From: an uncultured Thermotogaceae bacterium
Lineage (GTDB): Bacteria; Thermotogota; Thermotogae; MWEM01
Direction of reading: 5' to 3'
Length of the DNA stretch: 64,000 bases
Assembly (NCBI GenBank): GCA_964580185.1
Contig: CAZOJQ010000005.1
Location: 9,691-73,690 of the forward strand
The notes under the pieces are model-generated. The model was not told the DNA's origin and made no database searches. It saw only the letters and a program-made list of their open reading frames with translations. A program made the translations under genes and the position numbers. Below, in pieces: positions 9,291 to 19,226 of this stretch. How positions within the stretch are numbered: the stretch's first letter is position 1; each line of letters starts with the position of its first letter.

Positions 9291-9553
9291 CGATCGAATC
9301 CTTTCTGGATGTAATCCAGAACGGAGTAATTACCTTCTTGATGGTTGCAGCCCCTGTGTTGCTGCTTAGTTTGGGTGTTGGGCTTTTAATCGGAATCTTC
9401 CAAGCCGTAACGCAGATCAACGAGCAGACATTGAGCTTTGTGCCCAAAATCCTGGTGGTCTTTTTGAGTATTGCCGTTTTTGGGGGATGGATGCTCCAGA
9501 TGATGATGGATTACTTTATGGATATCATGAATGTATATTTCCCATTGATTTAG
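9287..9553 (+). CDS. fliQ: Flagellar export protein FliQ
   Basis: 'GLLIGIFQAVTQINEQTLSFVPK'. The start ATG overlaps the AOR stop (ATGA). Confidence 0.95.
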   Translation: MTIESFLDVIQNGVITFLMVAAPVLLLSLGVGLLIGIFQAVTQINEQTLSFVPKILVVFLSIAVFGGWMLQMMMDYFMDIMNVYFPLI

Positions 9554-9559
9554 GGTCTC

Positions 9560-10342
9560 ATGGAAGCCGAACTGCAGAGTTTTGTCTTGACAAGATTTTT
9601 GACCTGGAGCGCAATTGTATCCAGGCTTTCGGGTTTGTTTCTCTTTGCTCCGTTTTTTGGAGGAAGGTTGATCCCTGGGGCGATCAAACCCCTTGCTGTT
9701 TTGGCTCTATCGTTCGTCACGCTACCAGTAGTCCCTGATGTGATTCCCATCCAATTGCCAGTATATGTCATCGTCCTGATGAATGTCATGAACTTCACCT
9801 TTGGGCTGGCCGCAGGAATGGTGGCAAGCGTGTTGTTCTATGGTCTTCAATTTGCCGGAGATACCTACGGGTATCAGTTGGGTTTGGCAGCGGCTAGTAT
9901 CTTTGACCCGCTGACCGAAGTGGAAAACGTGATCATGGGGCAGTTGATCTATTACATCGGGTTGTTTATTTTTGTCGCGATCAAAGGGCCGATGTATCTT
10001 CTCATGGCCATTCAAAATAGTTTTCAAAGCATCCCGCCCTTGATGTTGACTATGGATGGTTCGTTCAATCTCCGGTTTTCGGAGATCATGGGAAAAACAC
10101 TGGAGTTGGGGATCCAAATCGGGATTCCCATGATTGTTTTCATGCTACTGGTTACATTTGTTTTGGGGATTATGTCCAAGCTTCTCCCTCAGCTGAATGT
10201 ATTTGTTGTGGGGATGCCTTTGAAAATGCTTGTGGGCATGTTGATCCTGATCGGGTTGCTTCCAGTGTGGGCTGATATGGTCTTTCACTTCTCCAAGGAG
10301 CTGGTTCCGTGGTTGGAAGAGATCTGGAATACATTCCGCTGA
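9560..10342 (+). CDS. fliR: Flagellar export protein FliR
   Basis: 'RLSGLFLFAPFF', 'QFAGDTYGYQLGL' and 'PQLNVFVVGMPLK'. Lies between fliQ and flhB. Confidence 0.93.
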   Translation: MEAELQSFVLTRFLTWSAIVSRLSGLFLFAPFFGGRLIPGAIKPLAVLALSFVTLPVVPDVIPIQLPVYVIVLMNVMNFTFGLAAGMVASVLFYGLQFAGDTYGYQLGLAAASIFDPLTEVENVIMGQLIYYIGLFIFVAIKGPMYLLMAIQNSFQSIPPLMLTMDGSFNLRFSEIMGKTLELGIQIGIPMIVFMLLVTFVLGIMSKLLPQLNVFVVGMPLKMLVGMLILIGLLPVWADMVFHFSKELVPWLEEIWNTFR

Positions 10343-11427
10343 AAACGAATCCGTTCGATATTCAGAGGTTTGCCGATCCCGACAAGACGGAAAAAGCAAC
10401 ACCTCGACGGCGGCAAAAAGCTAGAGAGGAAGGGCAAACCGCTTATTCCAAAGATCTTGCCATGGCAGTTGTGTTCATTGGCCTGTTGGTCGTCCTTTTT
10501 TTCCTCGCAGGGTCATTGGTTAGCAATCTTGGGCAGATCATCTCGTTTTTCTTATCGCTCCCCAATCGCGGCGAACTGGATGATCCTCAGGTGATTTGGG
10601 AGTATTTAACCATCGAAGGGCAACAGACAGTTCTCCTGGTTTTACTGGCTTTGTTCAGCGGGTTTTTCCTGGCGCTATTCTTGGGGTTCTATCAGACCAA
10701 ATTGATGATTTCGCTTAAATCCCTAAAATTTGACCTAAATCGAATTAATCCGATCAGCGGGTTTAAACGGCTTTTTTCTCTGCGATCGGTCGTAGAATTG
10801 ATGAAAAACCTGGTGAAACTTGCCATCCTCGGATTCATCGGTTGGGCGTATATCACCGGGTTGTGGGAACAGTTGTTTTTGCTGCCCGATTTTTCCGTAG
10901 AGCAGTCTATGGGCTTTATGGGACATTCTCTGTTTCAAATGGGGGTGCAGATTGGCGCTGCGTTGCTCGCTTTGGGGTTCTTTGACTTCTTCTATCAGAA
11001 GTGGGAATTTGAACGGAATATCCGAATGTCAAAAAAGGAGGTCAAGGACGAATACAAAGATATCGAAGGGAACCCGGAGATCAAGAGAAAACAGAGAGAG
11101 AAGATGCAAGAAATCTTGAATAAGCGGATGATGCAAGAGGTTCCCTCCGCAACGGTCGTAGTGACCAACCCGACCCACTATGCGGTTGCTTTATTGTTTG
11201 AGTTGGAAAAGATGGATGCCCCCGTTGTTGTTGCCAAAGGAGTCGATCTGATTGCCCAAAGGATCAAAGATATCGCATCAGACCATCATGTTCCCATTAT
11301 AGAAAATCCCCCGCTGGCCAAAAGTTTGTACGAAAAGGTAGATATTGGAGAAAGTATTCCGGTCGAACTCTATCAATTGGTGGCCGAGGTGCTGGCGCAT
11401 GTTTTCAAGACTGTGAAGAGCGTTTAG
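10309..11427 (+). CDS. flhB: Flagellar export switch protein FlhB
   Basis: 'KTEKATPRRRQKAREEGQ', 'EGNPEIK' and the NPTH autocleavage site. GTG start with AAGGAG RBS. Confidence 0.96.
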   Translation: MVGRDLEYIPLKTNPFDIQRFADPDKTEKATPRRRQKAREEGQTAYSKDLAMAVVFIGLLVVLFFLAGSLVSNLGQIISFFLSLPNRGELDDPQVIWEYLTIEGQQTVLLVLLALFSGFFLALFLGFYQTKLMISLKSLKFDLNRINPISGFKRLFSLRSVVELMKNLVKLAILGFIGWAYITGLWEQLFLLPDFSVEQSMGFMGHSLFQMGVQIGAALLALGFFDFFYQKWEFERNIRMSKKEVKDEYKDIEGNPEIKRKQREKMQEILNKRMMQEVPSATVVVTNPTHYAVALLFELEKMDAPVVVAKGVDLIAQRIKDIASDHHVPIIENPPLAKSLYEKVDIGESIPVELYQLVAEVLAHVFKTVKSV

Positions 11428-11430
11428 GGT

Positions 11431-13524
11431 ATGAAGAATATTGATATTATTGTAGCCATAATGATCGTAGCCATTGTGCTGCTGATGATCCTTCCGGTTC
11501 CTGCGGCGCTTTTGGACCTCTTGCAGATTGCAAATATCACCCTTGCCCTTGTGATCATTCTCTCGACAATGTATGTCCGACAGGCGCTCGAACTATCCTC
11601 CTTTCCAAGCATCCTCCTTGTCTTGACCTTATTCCGGCTGGCTTTGAACGTTACTTCCACCCGCTTGATCCTTCTTCAAGGCAGAAATTTCGAAGGGACC
11701 GTCATCCGGACCTTCGGGAACTTTGTCGTGCAAGGAAACTATGTGGTCGGGATCATTGTCTTTTTGATCTTGGTCATCATCCAATTCATCGTCATTACCA
11801 AAGGTTCGGAACGAATCGCTGAAGTAGCCGCTCGATTTACTCTAGACGCAATGCCCGGAAAGCAGATGAGTGTAGATGCGGATTATAATGCCGGATTGAT
11901 TACGGAAGATGAAGCGAGAAAAAGACGAACCGACATTCGCAGAGAAGCGGACTTTTATGGAGCCATGGATGGAGCCAGCAAGTTTGTTCGAGGGGATGCG
12001 ATCGCGGGGATTATTATTGTTTTTGTTAACATCCTGGGGGGATTAATCATCGGTAGTGTTCAGCAGGGATTGGGGTTCGAGGAAGCAGCCCAGATTTATA
12101 CGCTGTTAACCGTGGGTGATGGTCTTGCAGCTCAAATTCCTGCCTTGTTGATCTCCACCGCAAGCGGTATTCTAGTATCACGCGCAGCTTCCGAATCGAA
12201 TTTGGGAACCGATATGATCCGTGAATTGATTCGAGAAAACCGGGTTATGTTCATTACTGGTGGGGTGTTGATCTTTTTGGGCTTGTTTACTCCGCTGCCG
12301 TCTTTTTGGACCCTTCTATTTGGAGTCGGTTTGATTGTCCTGGCAGTTACTTCTCATAGAAAAACTCCTACACCTGCCGTAGAGATGGCTGGGGGCAAAC
12401 CTGGCTTGCGAGGGCCCGAGGCTCCTCCGCCAAGTGGTGAAGGTGCTCCACCCGGTCAGCCTTCCCCTCCATCGATGACATCCGCGGAAGAAGTATCGGA
12501 AATTATCCAATCCGACACCGTTGAAACCGAGATTGGCTATGGCCTCATTCCTTTGGCTGATCCATCTCAGGGAGGAGACTTGTTGGATCGAATCACGATG
12601 ATTCGAAAGCAAATCGCATATGAACTAGGACTTGTATTGAGCCCTATACGCGTACGGGACAGCGTTTTGCTAAAAGGGAACGAATATATGATAAAATTGA
12701 AGGGGGCAGAAGTGGCTCGATATGAGCTATGGCCCAATCGGCTTCTGGCCATCAATCCAGGAACCGCCACAGGGACGCTGGCAGGGATCCCTACATCCGA
12801 ACCAGCCTTTCAGCTCGAGGCAGTTTGGATCGATGAAGTACAGAGAGAGAATGCCATCAATCAAGGATACACCGTAGTCGATCCACCCAGTGTCTTTGCC
12901 ACGCATCTTTCGGAGATGATCAAAAGAAACGCCCATGAGATTCTGGGGCGGAGAGAAATGGAACTCCTGGTGGAAGGTTTGAAAAAGAAGTTTCCGTCTC
13001 TCGTTGATGAAATTATCCCCGATGCCCTGAAAACGCATGAGATCCGCAGAATTTTGCAGAATCTGCTGCGAGAACGGATTGCGATTCGGAATCTCCCTGT
13101 AATATTTGAAACCATTGCCGAGAACTTGGATCGAACAAAGGATATCGATTTCTTGGTGGAGTATGTCCGACGGGCTTTAAAGAGACAGATATGCATGGAT
13201 GCGAAGTCGGAAGATGGGCAAATCCATGCAGTAGGGATTGAACCAGCCTTGGAGAGGCAATTAGGGGGGATGATCCGTGAAACGGAAGATGAACGGTATT
13301 TGGCCATTGACCCAAATATGCTTCAATCGATTGTGGATCGATTCTCTCGATCGATGGAAGAAATCATGAGAAAAGGGTTCATGCCTGTGATCATTTGCTC
13401 TGGCAGTTTGAGACCCTATCTGCGAAAAACGATCGAAAGATCCTTGCCCGGAATCATGGTCCTCTCCTATGAAGAGCTAGTGGATGATATTCCATTTCGG
13501 ATTGAAGCGGTGGTGTCGGTATGA
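11431..13524 (+). CDS. flhA: Flagellar export gate protein FlhA
   Basis: 'RIAEVAARFTLDAMPGKQMSVDAD' and 'FYGAMDGASKFVRGDA', with a Pro-rich linker before the cytoplasmic domain. Confidence 0.97.
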   Translation: MKNIDIIVAIMIVAIVLLMILPVPAALLDLLQIANITLALVIILSTMYVRQALELSSFPSILLVLTLFRLALNVTSTRLILLQGRNFEGTVIRTFGNFVVQGNYVVGIIVFLILVIIQFIVITKGSERIAEVAARFTLDAMPGKQMSVDADYNAGLITEDEARKRRTDIRREADFYGAMDGASKFVRGDAIAGIIIVFVNILGGLIIGSVQQGLGFEEAAQIYTLLTVGDGLAAQIPALLISTASGILVSRAASESNLGTDMIRELIRENRVMFITGGVLIFLGLFTPLPSFWTLLFGVGLIVLAVTSHRKTPTPAVEMAGGKPGLRGPEAPPPSGEGAPPGQPSPPSMTSAEEVSEIIQSDTVETEIGYGLIPLADPSQGGDLLDRITMIRKQIAYELGLVLSPIRVRDSVLLKGNEYMIKLKGAEVARYELWPNRLLAINPGTATGTLAGIPTSEPAFQLEAVWIDEVQRENAINQGYTVVDPPSVFATHLSEMIKRNAHEILGRREMELLVEGLKKKFPSLVDEIIPDALKTHEIRRILQNLLRERIAIRNLPVIFETIAENLDRTKDIDFLVEYVRRALKRQICMDAKSEDGQIHAVGIEPALERQLGGMIRETEDERYLAIDPNMLQSIVDRFSRSMEEIMRKGFMPVIICSGSLRPYLRKTIERSLPGIMVLSYEELVDDIPFRIEAVVSV

Positions 13525-14807
13525 AAATCAAAAAATACGTAGTTGAAGATATCAAAGACGCCCTCCGCCAAATCAAAAGCGAATTGGGTGAAGATGCTGT
13601 CATTCTTCAGACCCGGAAGTTTAAGAAAGGGGGTTTTTTGGGTCTGGGGAGCCGATTGATGTATGAAGTGACGGCCGTCGCGGAAGAGAAACGGGCAAAT
13701 GAATCTTCGAATGCCAATCCTCGGGAAAACAAAGAGGAATGGATCGATCGAGAAAAGCTGTATGCCTTAAAGCAAATCCTTGCCAAGAATACTCAGAAGC
13801 CCCAGCCGTATCCATCCACAAGGCCATCGATTCCTTCCATACCAGAACCCCAGGACAACCATCCCGAACCTGCATCCCCCGGGATGCGGCGAGATGATTT
13901 TGCCGATCGCGAAATCACCCAAATCCGGAAAGATATGATGGAAATGAAACGGTTGATTACAGATATGAGCACCCGAGTCCAAAGCGCTCAATACTTGCCC
14001 AATATGCCCGAAGAGTATCGGAGGATCTACGAAGGGCTACGTAAGCAGGAGATCAACGAAGAAGTATCCAAACGGATCTTGGAATCTCTTCGGATCGTTG
14101 TGGGAGAAGGGGTGAGCAATACATACGAGTATGAAAAAAAATTCGCCGAGTTGATTGCTCCCACCATCAAAACCGATCACCCCATTAGCGAAATACACAA
14201 AGGCGACATTATCTTTTTCATTGGGCCTACGGGGGTAGGAAAAACCACGACCCTCACAAAGATCGCAGCTATGATGTCTTTAGAAATGAGGAAAAGGGTA
14301 GGCATCTTGACCATCGATACCTACCGGATTGCCGCAGTGGACCAATTGAAGACCAGCGCCGATATCATGGGCATTCAGGTTGGAGTCGCATATAATCCCA
14401 AAGAGTTGAAACAACTCCTTGAACGATTCCAGAATTATGACTGTATCCTAGTAGATACGGCTGGCAGAAGTCAATGGAATGACCTTCAGATGTCAGAATT
14501 AACGAGTTATTTGGAAGTGGTCCGACCCCAGCAGACATACCTCACGTTCGGGATGAATATGAGAATGCAAGATCTTTTCGACGTTGTGGAACGATTTTCT
14601 GTCGCGTCGCCAACCCATCTGGTGTTGACGAAGATGGATGAAACCAATGTATATGGTTCGCTCGTCGAAATATCCCAAATGTATGATTTGCCGATCGCTT
14701 TTGTCACAAATGGCCAGAGGATTCCCGAAGATATTATGGTTGCTGATTCGAAACGGTTGGGATCCATGATTGTGAAAGAGGTGCTGAAGTATGCCCGATC
14801 AGCTTGA
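13521..14807 (+). CDS. flhF: SRP-type GTPase FlhF
   Basis: N-terminal 'IKSELGEDAVIL', then GPTGVGKTTT, DTYRIAA, DTAGR and TKMDE. Confidence 0.95.
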   Translation: MKIKKYVVEDIKDALRQIKSELGEDAVILQTRKFKKGGFLGLGSRLMYEVTAVAEEKRANESSNANPRENKEEWIDREKLYALKQILAKNTQKPQPYPSTRPSIPSIPEPQDNHPEPASPGMRRDDFADREITQIRKDMMEMKRLITDMSTRVQSAQYLPNMPEEYRRIYEGLRKQEINEEVSKRILESLRIVVGEGVSNTYEYEKKFAELIAPTIKTDHPISEIHKGDIIFFIGPTGVGKTTTLTKIAAMMSLEMRKRVGILTIDTYRIAAVDQLKTSADIMGIQVGVAYNPKELKQLLERFQNYDCILVDTAGRSQWNDLQMSELTSYLEVVRPQQTYLTFGMNMRMQDLFDVVERFSVASPTHLVLTKMDETNVYGSLVEISQMYDLPIAFVTNGQRIPEDIMVADSKRLGSMIVKEVLKYARSA

Positions 14808-15645
14808 GACCTTGATTCGAGCAGTGTCCTCCAAAACCCTGGAAGTGATCTTGGTGGCCAGCGGAAAAGGGGGAGTTGGAAAGAGCATTCTTTCTGCGAA
14901 CCTGGCTGTATCTCTGGCCCGTTCCCAGAAAAATGTCCTCTTGTTCGATGCGGATGCGGGGTTTGCAAATGCAGACATCCTCCTAGGAGTGACAACCCGG
15001 AATACCCTCAAAGACTATCTCATCGGAAAGATGGAACTGAAAGAGGTATTATATCCCACACGGTATGGGGTTTGGCTTTTAAGCAGTGGCACAGATGCCC
15101 AAGACTTAATGGCTTTTCGAACCGAGTCCAAGCATGAACTCCTTCAAGATTTTTTGGAAATCGCGTACGATATGAATTATGCAGTGGTGGACACAGGGGC
15201 CGGATATACCGAAGAGCTGTATTCCTTTTATTCAGCGGCAGACAAGCTGTTTCTCGTGACAACACCAGAACCGACCGCTTTGATGAATGTATATACCATG
15301 GCAAAAATCCTTGCGAATAAAGGGATCTATCCAAAGCTCTATCTGGTCATGAATCAATCGCGAAATACCATCAAAGATACAAAAGTCTTGGAGCGGTTCA
15401 GCTACGTTCTGGAGAAGTTCGCTGGATGGGAAGTAGAAGACAAGTTTATTCTCAGGTATGATGTCAGTGTTGGGAATAGTGTATTGAAACAAGTTCCTTT
15501 GATTGAAGCGAACAAACACTCTCAACCGGCTCAGGCAATCCTCAGAATTGCTCAGCAAATCGTGACTCGTTCTGAAGATCGCGCAGAACCGGACGAGTCG
15601 AAAGGGTTTATTTCAAAAGTCAAACGACTCTTTGGGATTAAGTGA
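14791..15645 (+). CDS. flhG: MinD-like ATPase FlhG/FleN
   Basis: SGKGGVGKS, DADAGFAN and 'TTPEPTA'. Directly follows flhF. Confidence 0.9.
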   Translation: MPDQLETLIRAVSSKTLEVILVASGKGGVGKSILSANLAVSLARSQKNVLLFDADAGFANADILLGVTTRNTLKDYLIGKMELKEVLYPTRYGVWLLSSGTDAQDLMAFRTESKHELLQDFLEIAYDMNYAVVDTGAGYTEELYSFYSAADKLFLVTTPEPTALMNVYTMAKILANKGIYPKLYLVMNQSRNTIKDTKVLERFSYVLEKFAGWEVEDKFILRYDVSVGNSVLKQVPLIEANKHSQPAQAILRIAQQIVTRSEDRAEPDESKGFISKVKRLFGIK

Positions 15646-15657
15646 GGGTATGGCCAA

Positions 15658-16296
15658 ATGCCCATTCCGGAGCGAATTCAAAGGTTTCTCGCTTACAATA
15701 AGTGGAAATCCTTGATGCAGTCTGGAGACCTTTCGATTCATTGTGTATATGTGGGCAAGTATAAAGAATGGATGGTCTTTGAAGCCGATGAAACACAGCA
15801 ACCAACCATTCAGAGTATGAACGATCTTGTTGGATTTAAAGTCTTTTTGCCCTATGGATACATCGAAGGGCAAGGGACAATAACCAAACGGAAATACCCA
15901 GAACCATCCGCCCTAAAGATGAACCCTGTTTTTATCGGAGTCCGCCCCGAGCGCATGCAATTTGCTCAAAAGCGTCGATTCAAACGCTTTTATATGATGA
16001 AACCCGCGGTTTTTATTGCTGAAGGAGTGCGGATTCGCGCAATGCTTCTTGATCTCAGTTTTTATGGAATGGGAGTAATGAGCGACCAACAGATCCTCAG
16101 TAACCAAGGGGTGATTCAGATTCCTGATTATTCGCTGGAGCTGCCCGTGACAAAGTGTCACGAGGCGAAACAGTTTGATTTTTTCTATTATGGCTTTTCC
16201 ATCCCGTTTTTGAATCAGGAGTCAAAGAAAAGAATGGCTGATCTTTTGAGTTCTTTTCAAAAAGCATTTCAGGAACATAATCTCAAACTGGGATAA
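15658..16296 (+). CDS. PilZ-domain protein
   Basis: RxxxR-like 'KRRFKRF' followed by DxSxxG 'DLSFYG'. Confidence 0.7.
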   Translation: MPIPERIQRFLAYNKWKSLMQSGDLSIHCVYVGKYKEWMVFEADETQQPTIQSMNDLVGFKVFLPYGYIEGQGTITKRKYPEPSALKMNPVFIGVRPERMQFAQKRRFKRFYMMKPAVFIAEGVRIRAMLLDLSFYGMGVMSDQQILSNQGVIQIPDYSLELPVTKCHEAKQFDFFYYGFSIPFLNQESKKRMADLLSSFQKAFQEHNLKLG

Positions 16297-16306
16297 GGAG
16301 AAGTAG

Positions 16307-16993
16307 ATGTCCCTATACTCCGTTAAGGTCAATCCCAAAGAGTGTCTCAAACCCGGTAAGCCATTGATTATCAGTATTTCCGATCCTGATTTGAAAGGCA
16401 CCTACAAAAGCACCATCTTTGATTTGGACTATACCAATAACCTGATTCGGATCGGAATGCCCAGTTATCAGGGGAGATTTATCCCTGTCCCGAATGGTAC
16501 GCGCTTATATGTGAAGATGATGGACCGAAGTTCCATGTTTGTCTTTCAAAGCGTGAGTATCAATTACGAGAAAGACAAAGATGGATTTCTAGTTGCCTAT
16601 ATTGCCATGCCCGAAGAGGTTCGCAAAATCCAAAGGCGGCAGTTTGTTCGTGTTCCGATGGTCCGTAGGGGAGAATTTTATCGGGTTCGGGATGACAAAA
16701 CCTATCCTTTCGTTTCTCGCGATATCAGCGCCGGAGGGATATTAATCATTAGCAATACTCGATTGGATTTGGGTGAGTTGATTGAGATCCACTTTATTCC
16801 CGATGATACGATCACATTGAATCAAGTAAAAAGCATTGTGAAACGATTCGGACCACAGATTGACCTGAAACACTGGAGTTACGGAATCCAATTTCAAGAA
16901 TTGACAAGAAGCACGGAAGATGAGTTGGTTCGTTTCATTTTCCGATTGGAACAGGAAATCCGGAAGAAAACAGGAAAAAAGGAGGAAGAATAA
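16307..16993 (+). CDS. YcgR-like flagellar brake protein (N-terminal domain + PilZ)
   Basis: 'QRRQFVR' and 'DISAGG' c-di-GMP-binding motifs. Located immediately before cheC. Confidence 0.88.
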   Translation: MSLYSVKVNPKECLKPGKPLIISISDPDLKGTYKSTIFDLDYTNNLIRIGMPSYQGRFIPVPNGTRLYVKMMDRSSMFVFQSVSINYEKDKDGFLVAYIAMPEEVRKIQRRQFVRVPMVRRGEFYRVRDDKTYPFVSRDISAGGILIISNTRLDLGELIEIHFIPDDTITLNQVKSIVKRFGPQIDLKHWSYGIQFQELTRSTEDELVRFIFRLEQEIRKKTGKKEEE

Positions 16994-16994
16994 C

Positions 16995-17609
16995 GTGTCG
17001 TACTATGACCAAATCCAGGGGATTCACATGGATATGCTCAAAGAAATCAGCAATATCGGTACAGGTAATGCAGCGACAGCGCTCTCTTCGATGACCTCAA
17101 AAAAGGTGGAAATCACTGTACCCAATGTGTCTTTGGCAGAAGTCTCTCAGATCCCCTTCCTATTCAAGGATCCCGAAAAAGTGACTGTGGGGATCCCCAT
17201 CATGTTCCATGGAGATCTCAATGGGAAAATCCTCCTCCTCTTCGATACCGAACCGGCGAGAGAGATCCTGGAGCTGCTGCTCGGGTTCGGAAACGAAGAC
17301 CTAACGGCAATGGATGAGATGCAAAAATCAGTGTTTACCGAGATTTGCAATATTGTTTGCGGGTCATACATCGTTGCATTATCGCAGTTTTCGAATCTTT
17401 TTTTGAACTCTGAGGTTCCGCAAATTACGGTAGATATGCTGACAGCGATTATTGCGGAATCCTGTTTGGAATATGCGATCGAAGAAGACCGGACCATTCT
17501 CATTGAAACCCGGTTTCATATTGAGGATCAGTCCAACATTGGAGCATACCTTTTCCTAATCCTGGAACCCGCTTCCATCCCCAAACTTTTGGAGAGCTTG
17601 GGGATGTAA
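16995..17609 (+). CDS. cheC: Chemotaxis phosphatase CheC
   Basis: Two ExxN motifs (EISNIGTGNAATAL and EICNIVCG). GTG start after GGAGG. Confidence 0.92.
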   Translation: MSYYDQIQGIHMDMLKEISNIGTGNAATALSSMTSKKVEITVPNVSLAEVSQIPFLFKDPEKVTVGIPIMFHGDLNGKILLLFDTEPAREILELLLGFGNEDLTAMDEMQKSVFTEICNIVCGSYIVALSQFSNLFLNSEVPQITVDMLTAIIAESCLEYAIEEDRTILIETRFHIEDQSNIGAYLFLILEPASIPKLLESLGM

Positions 17610-17612
17610 TTG

Positions 17613-18101
17613 ATGGAGAAAAAAACAATCATCGGTATCGGTGAATATAAAGCCGCGATCAACCCCATGACTTTGGTGACATTGGGCTTAGGTTCTTGTG
17701 TGGGAGTTTGTTTGAGGGATCCTCGGCAAAGAGTGGGCGGAATGATTCACATTATGCTCCCAGAGAGTGGCGGAAAATCGGTTTCAAAACCGGGAAAATA
17801 TGCAGATGTTGGGATTCCGCTGCTTATCGCTGAAATGAAAAAACTGGGCGCGTCGCCTTCCGCTCTTGAGGCCAAAATTGCCGGAGGAGCAGCCATGTTC
17901 AAATCCGATAAAAGCACGATGGAGGTTGGAAGACGAAACATCGATTCCGTGAAGCTAATCTTAAAACAGTGCGGGATACCAATCCTCAGCGAAGAATGTG
18001 GAGGAAGCCGAGCGCGAAGCATCGAGTATTCTGTAGAAACCGGAGCACTGATGATCCGAAAAGTCGGTGGTGGGGAAAAAACGGAGATTCTTACCCTTTG
18101 A
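17613..18101 (+). CDS. cheD: Chemoreceptor glutamine deamidase CheD
   Basis: 'LGLGSCVGV', 'HIMLP', 'KYAD' and 'AKIAGGAAMF'. Confidence 0.95.
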   Translation: MEKKTIIGIGEYKAAINPMTLVTLGLGSCVGVCLRDPRQRVGGMIHIMLPESGGKSVSKPGKYADVGIPLLIAEMKKLGASPSALEAKIAGGAAMFKSDKSTMEVGRRNIDSVKLILKQCGIPILSEECGGSRARSIEYSVETGALMIRKVGGGEKTEILTL

Positions 18102-18112
18102 AAGGAAGACAA

Positions 18113-18832
18113 ATGAAACAAGAAGATGGTCTCTCACCCATCCAGTATCAGGATCGAAAAAGAAAAGCCATCGAGCAGCTCTTACCGAGAGTGAAATCAG
18201 TTGCGCTCAACCTGATGACTACGCTGCCTCGCAACGTGGAATTGAATGACCTAGTGCAGGAAGGTGTAATCGCTCTTTTACAGTCTTTTGACCGATACGA
18301 TCCAACCAAAGGGGCTACTTTTTTTACTTTTTCCATGAAACGGGTCAAAGGCGCGATGTACGACTATCTCAGAAAGATTGATTGGTTGCCTCGGACAACG
18401 CGCCAGCAGGTAAAAACTGTCGAGCGCGCAATGGTCGAGCTTGAAGGGGAGTTGGGAAAAACCCCTTCCATTTCGGAAATCAGTGATCGGTCGGGTATGA
18501 CAGTCGAAGAGGTGGAAACGACTTTCAATGAAATCAGTCGAGGGCAGATTCTCCATTTGGATGAGCATACCAATATGGACGAAGAAGAGTTTATCGATTT
18601 CATTCCTTCCAAAGAAGATTCTCCTGACGAACACTTGGTTCGATCAGAACTCAAGACGGCGTTGTATGAAGAAATCCGTAGCTTGAGTGAAAGAGAACAG
18701 TTGATCTTGTCGTTATATTATGTAGAGGAACTGACCTTCAAAGAAATCGGTTCTATATTGGGTGTATCGGAATCCAGGATTTCCCAATTGCATACCATAA
18801 TCATTGCCAAACTCAGACAAAAGCTTTCTTAA
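18113..18832 (+). CDS. fliA: RNA polymerase sigma-28 factor FliA/WhiG
   Basis: 'DLVQEGVIALL', 'RVKGAMYDYLRKIDWLPR' and 'LTFKEIGSILGVSESRISQLH'. Start at ATG 18113. Confidence 0.95.
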   Translation: MKQEDGLSPIQYQDRKRKAIEQLLPRVKSVALNLMTTLPRNVELNDLVQEGVIALLQSFDRYDPTKGATFFTFSMKRVKGAMYDYLRKIDWLPRTTRQQVKTVERAMVELEGELGKTPSISEISDRSGMTVEEVETTFNEISRGQILHLDEHTNMDEEEFIDFIPSKEDSPDEHLVRSELKTALYEEIRSLSEREQLILSLYYVEELTFKEIGSILGVSESRISQLHTIIIAKLRQKLS

Positions 18833-18867
18833 AGCTCAAGGAGGCGGAGAACGAAAGGAGCAAGGAA

Positions 18868-19188
18868 ATGGTAGGGCCGGTAGAGTTTCAGAGCGGGTTC
18901 ATACGGGGTCCGGAGGCCGCACAAACCTATAGTCATCAGGAGACCTTACAGCAAGCTGCGCAGCAGCTGACAGCTAAGGAAATGCAGGATAAGACAAAGA
19001 AATCGACACAGACTGCAAGAGAAGCGGCCAAAGACGAAAAGGCAGAAATCCAAGATTCCACGCAGAAAGAAGGCGGCAGTGGTGGTTATCTGCCCGGGCA
19101 GAAAAAGGAGACAGAACAAACAGAAGGCAAGCCCAAAAGCCTGGCTCAAGATGAATATAAAGGGAATTTTATCGATATACGGCTCTAA
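18868..19188 (+). CDS. Hypothetical hydrophilic protein, probably flagellar-associated
   Basis: RBS AAGGAG/AAGGA. Q/K/E-rich and low-complexity, ending 'YKGNFIDIRL'. Follows fliA. Confidence 0.7.
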   Translation: MVGPVEFQSGFIRGPEAAQTYSHQETLQQAAQQLTAKEMQDKTKKSTQTAREAAKDEKAEIQDSTQKEGGSGGYLPGQKKETEQTEGKPKSLAQDEYKGNFIDIRL

Positions 19189-19226
19189 GCGAGGCAACCC
19201 TTAGCTATGGAATCAGGAGGTTTCTG

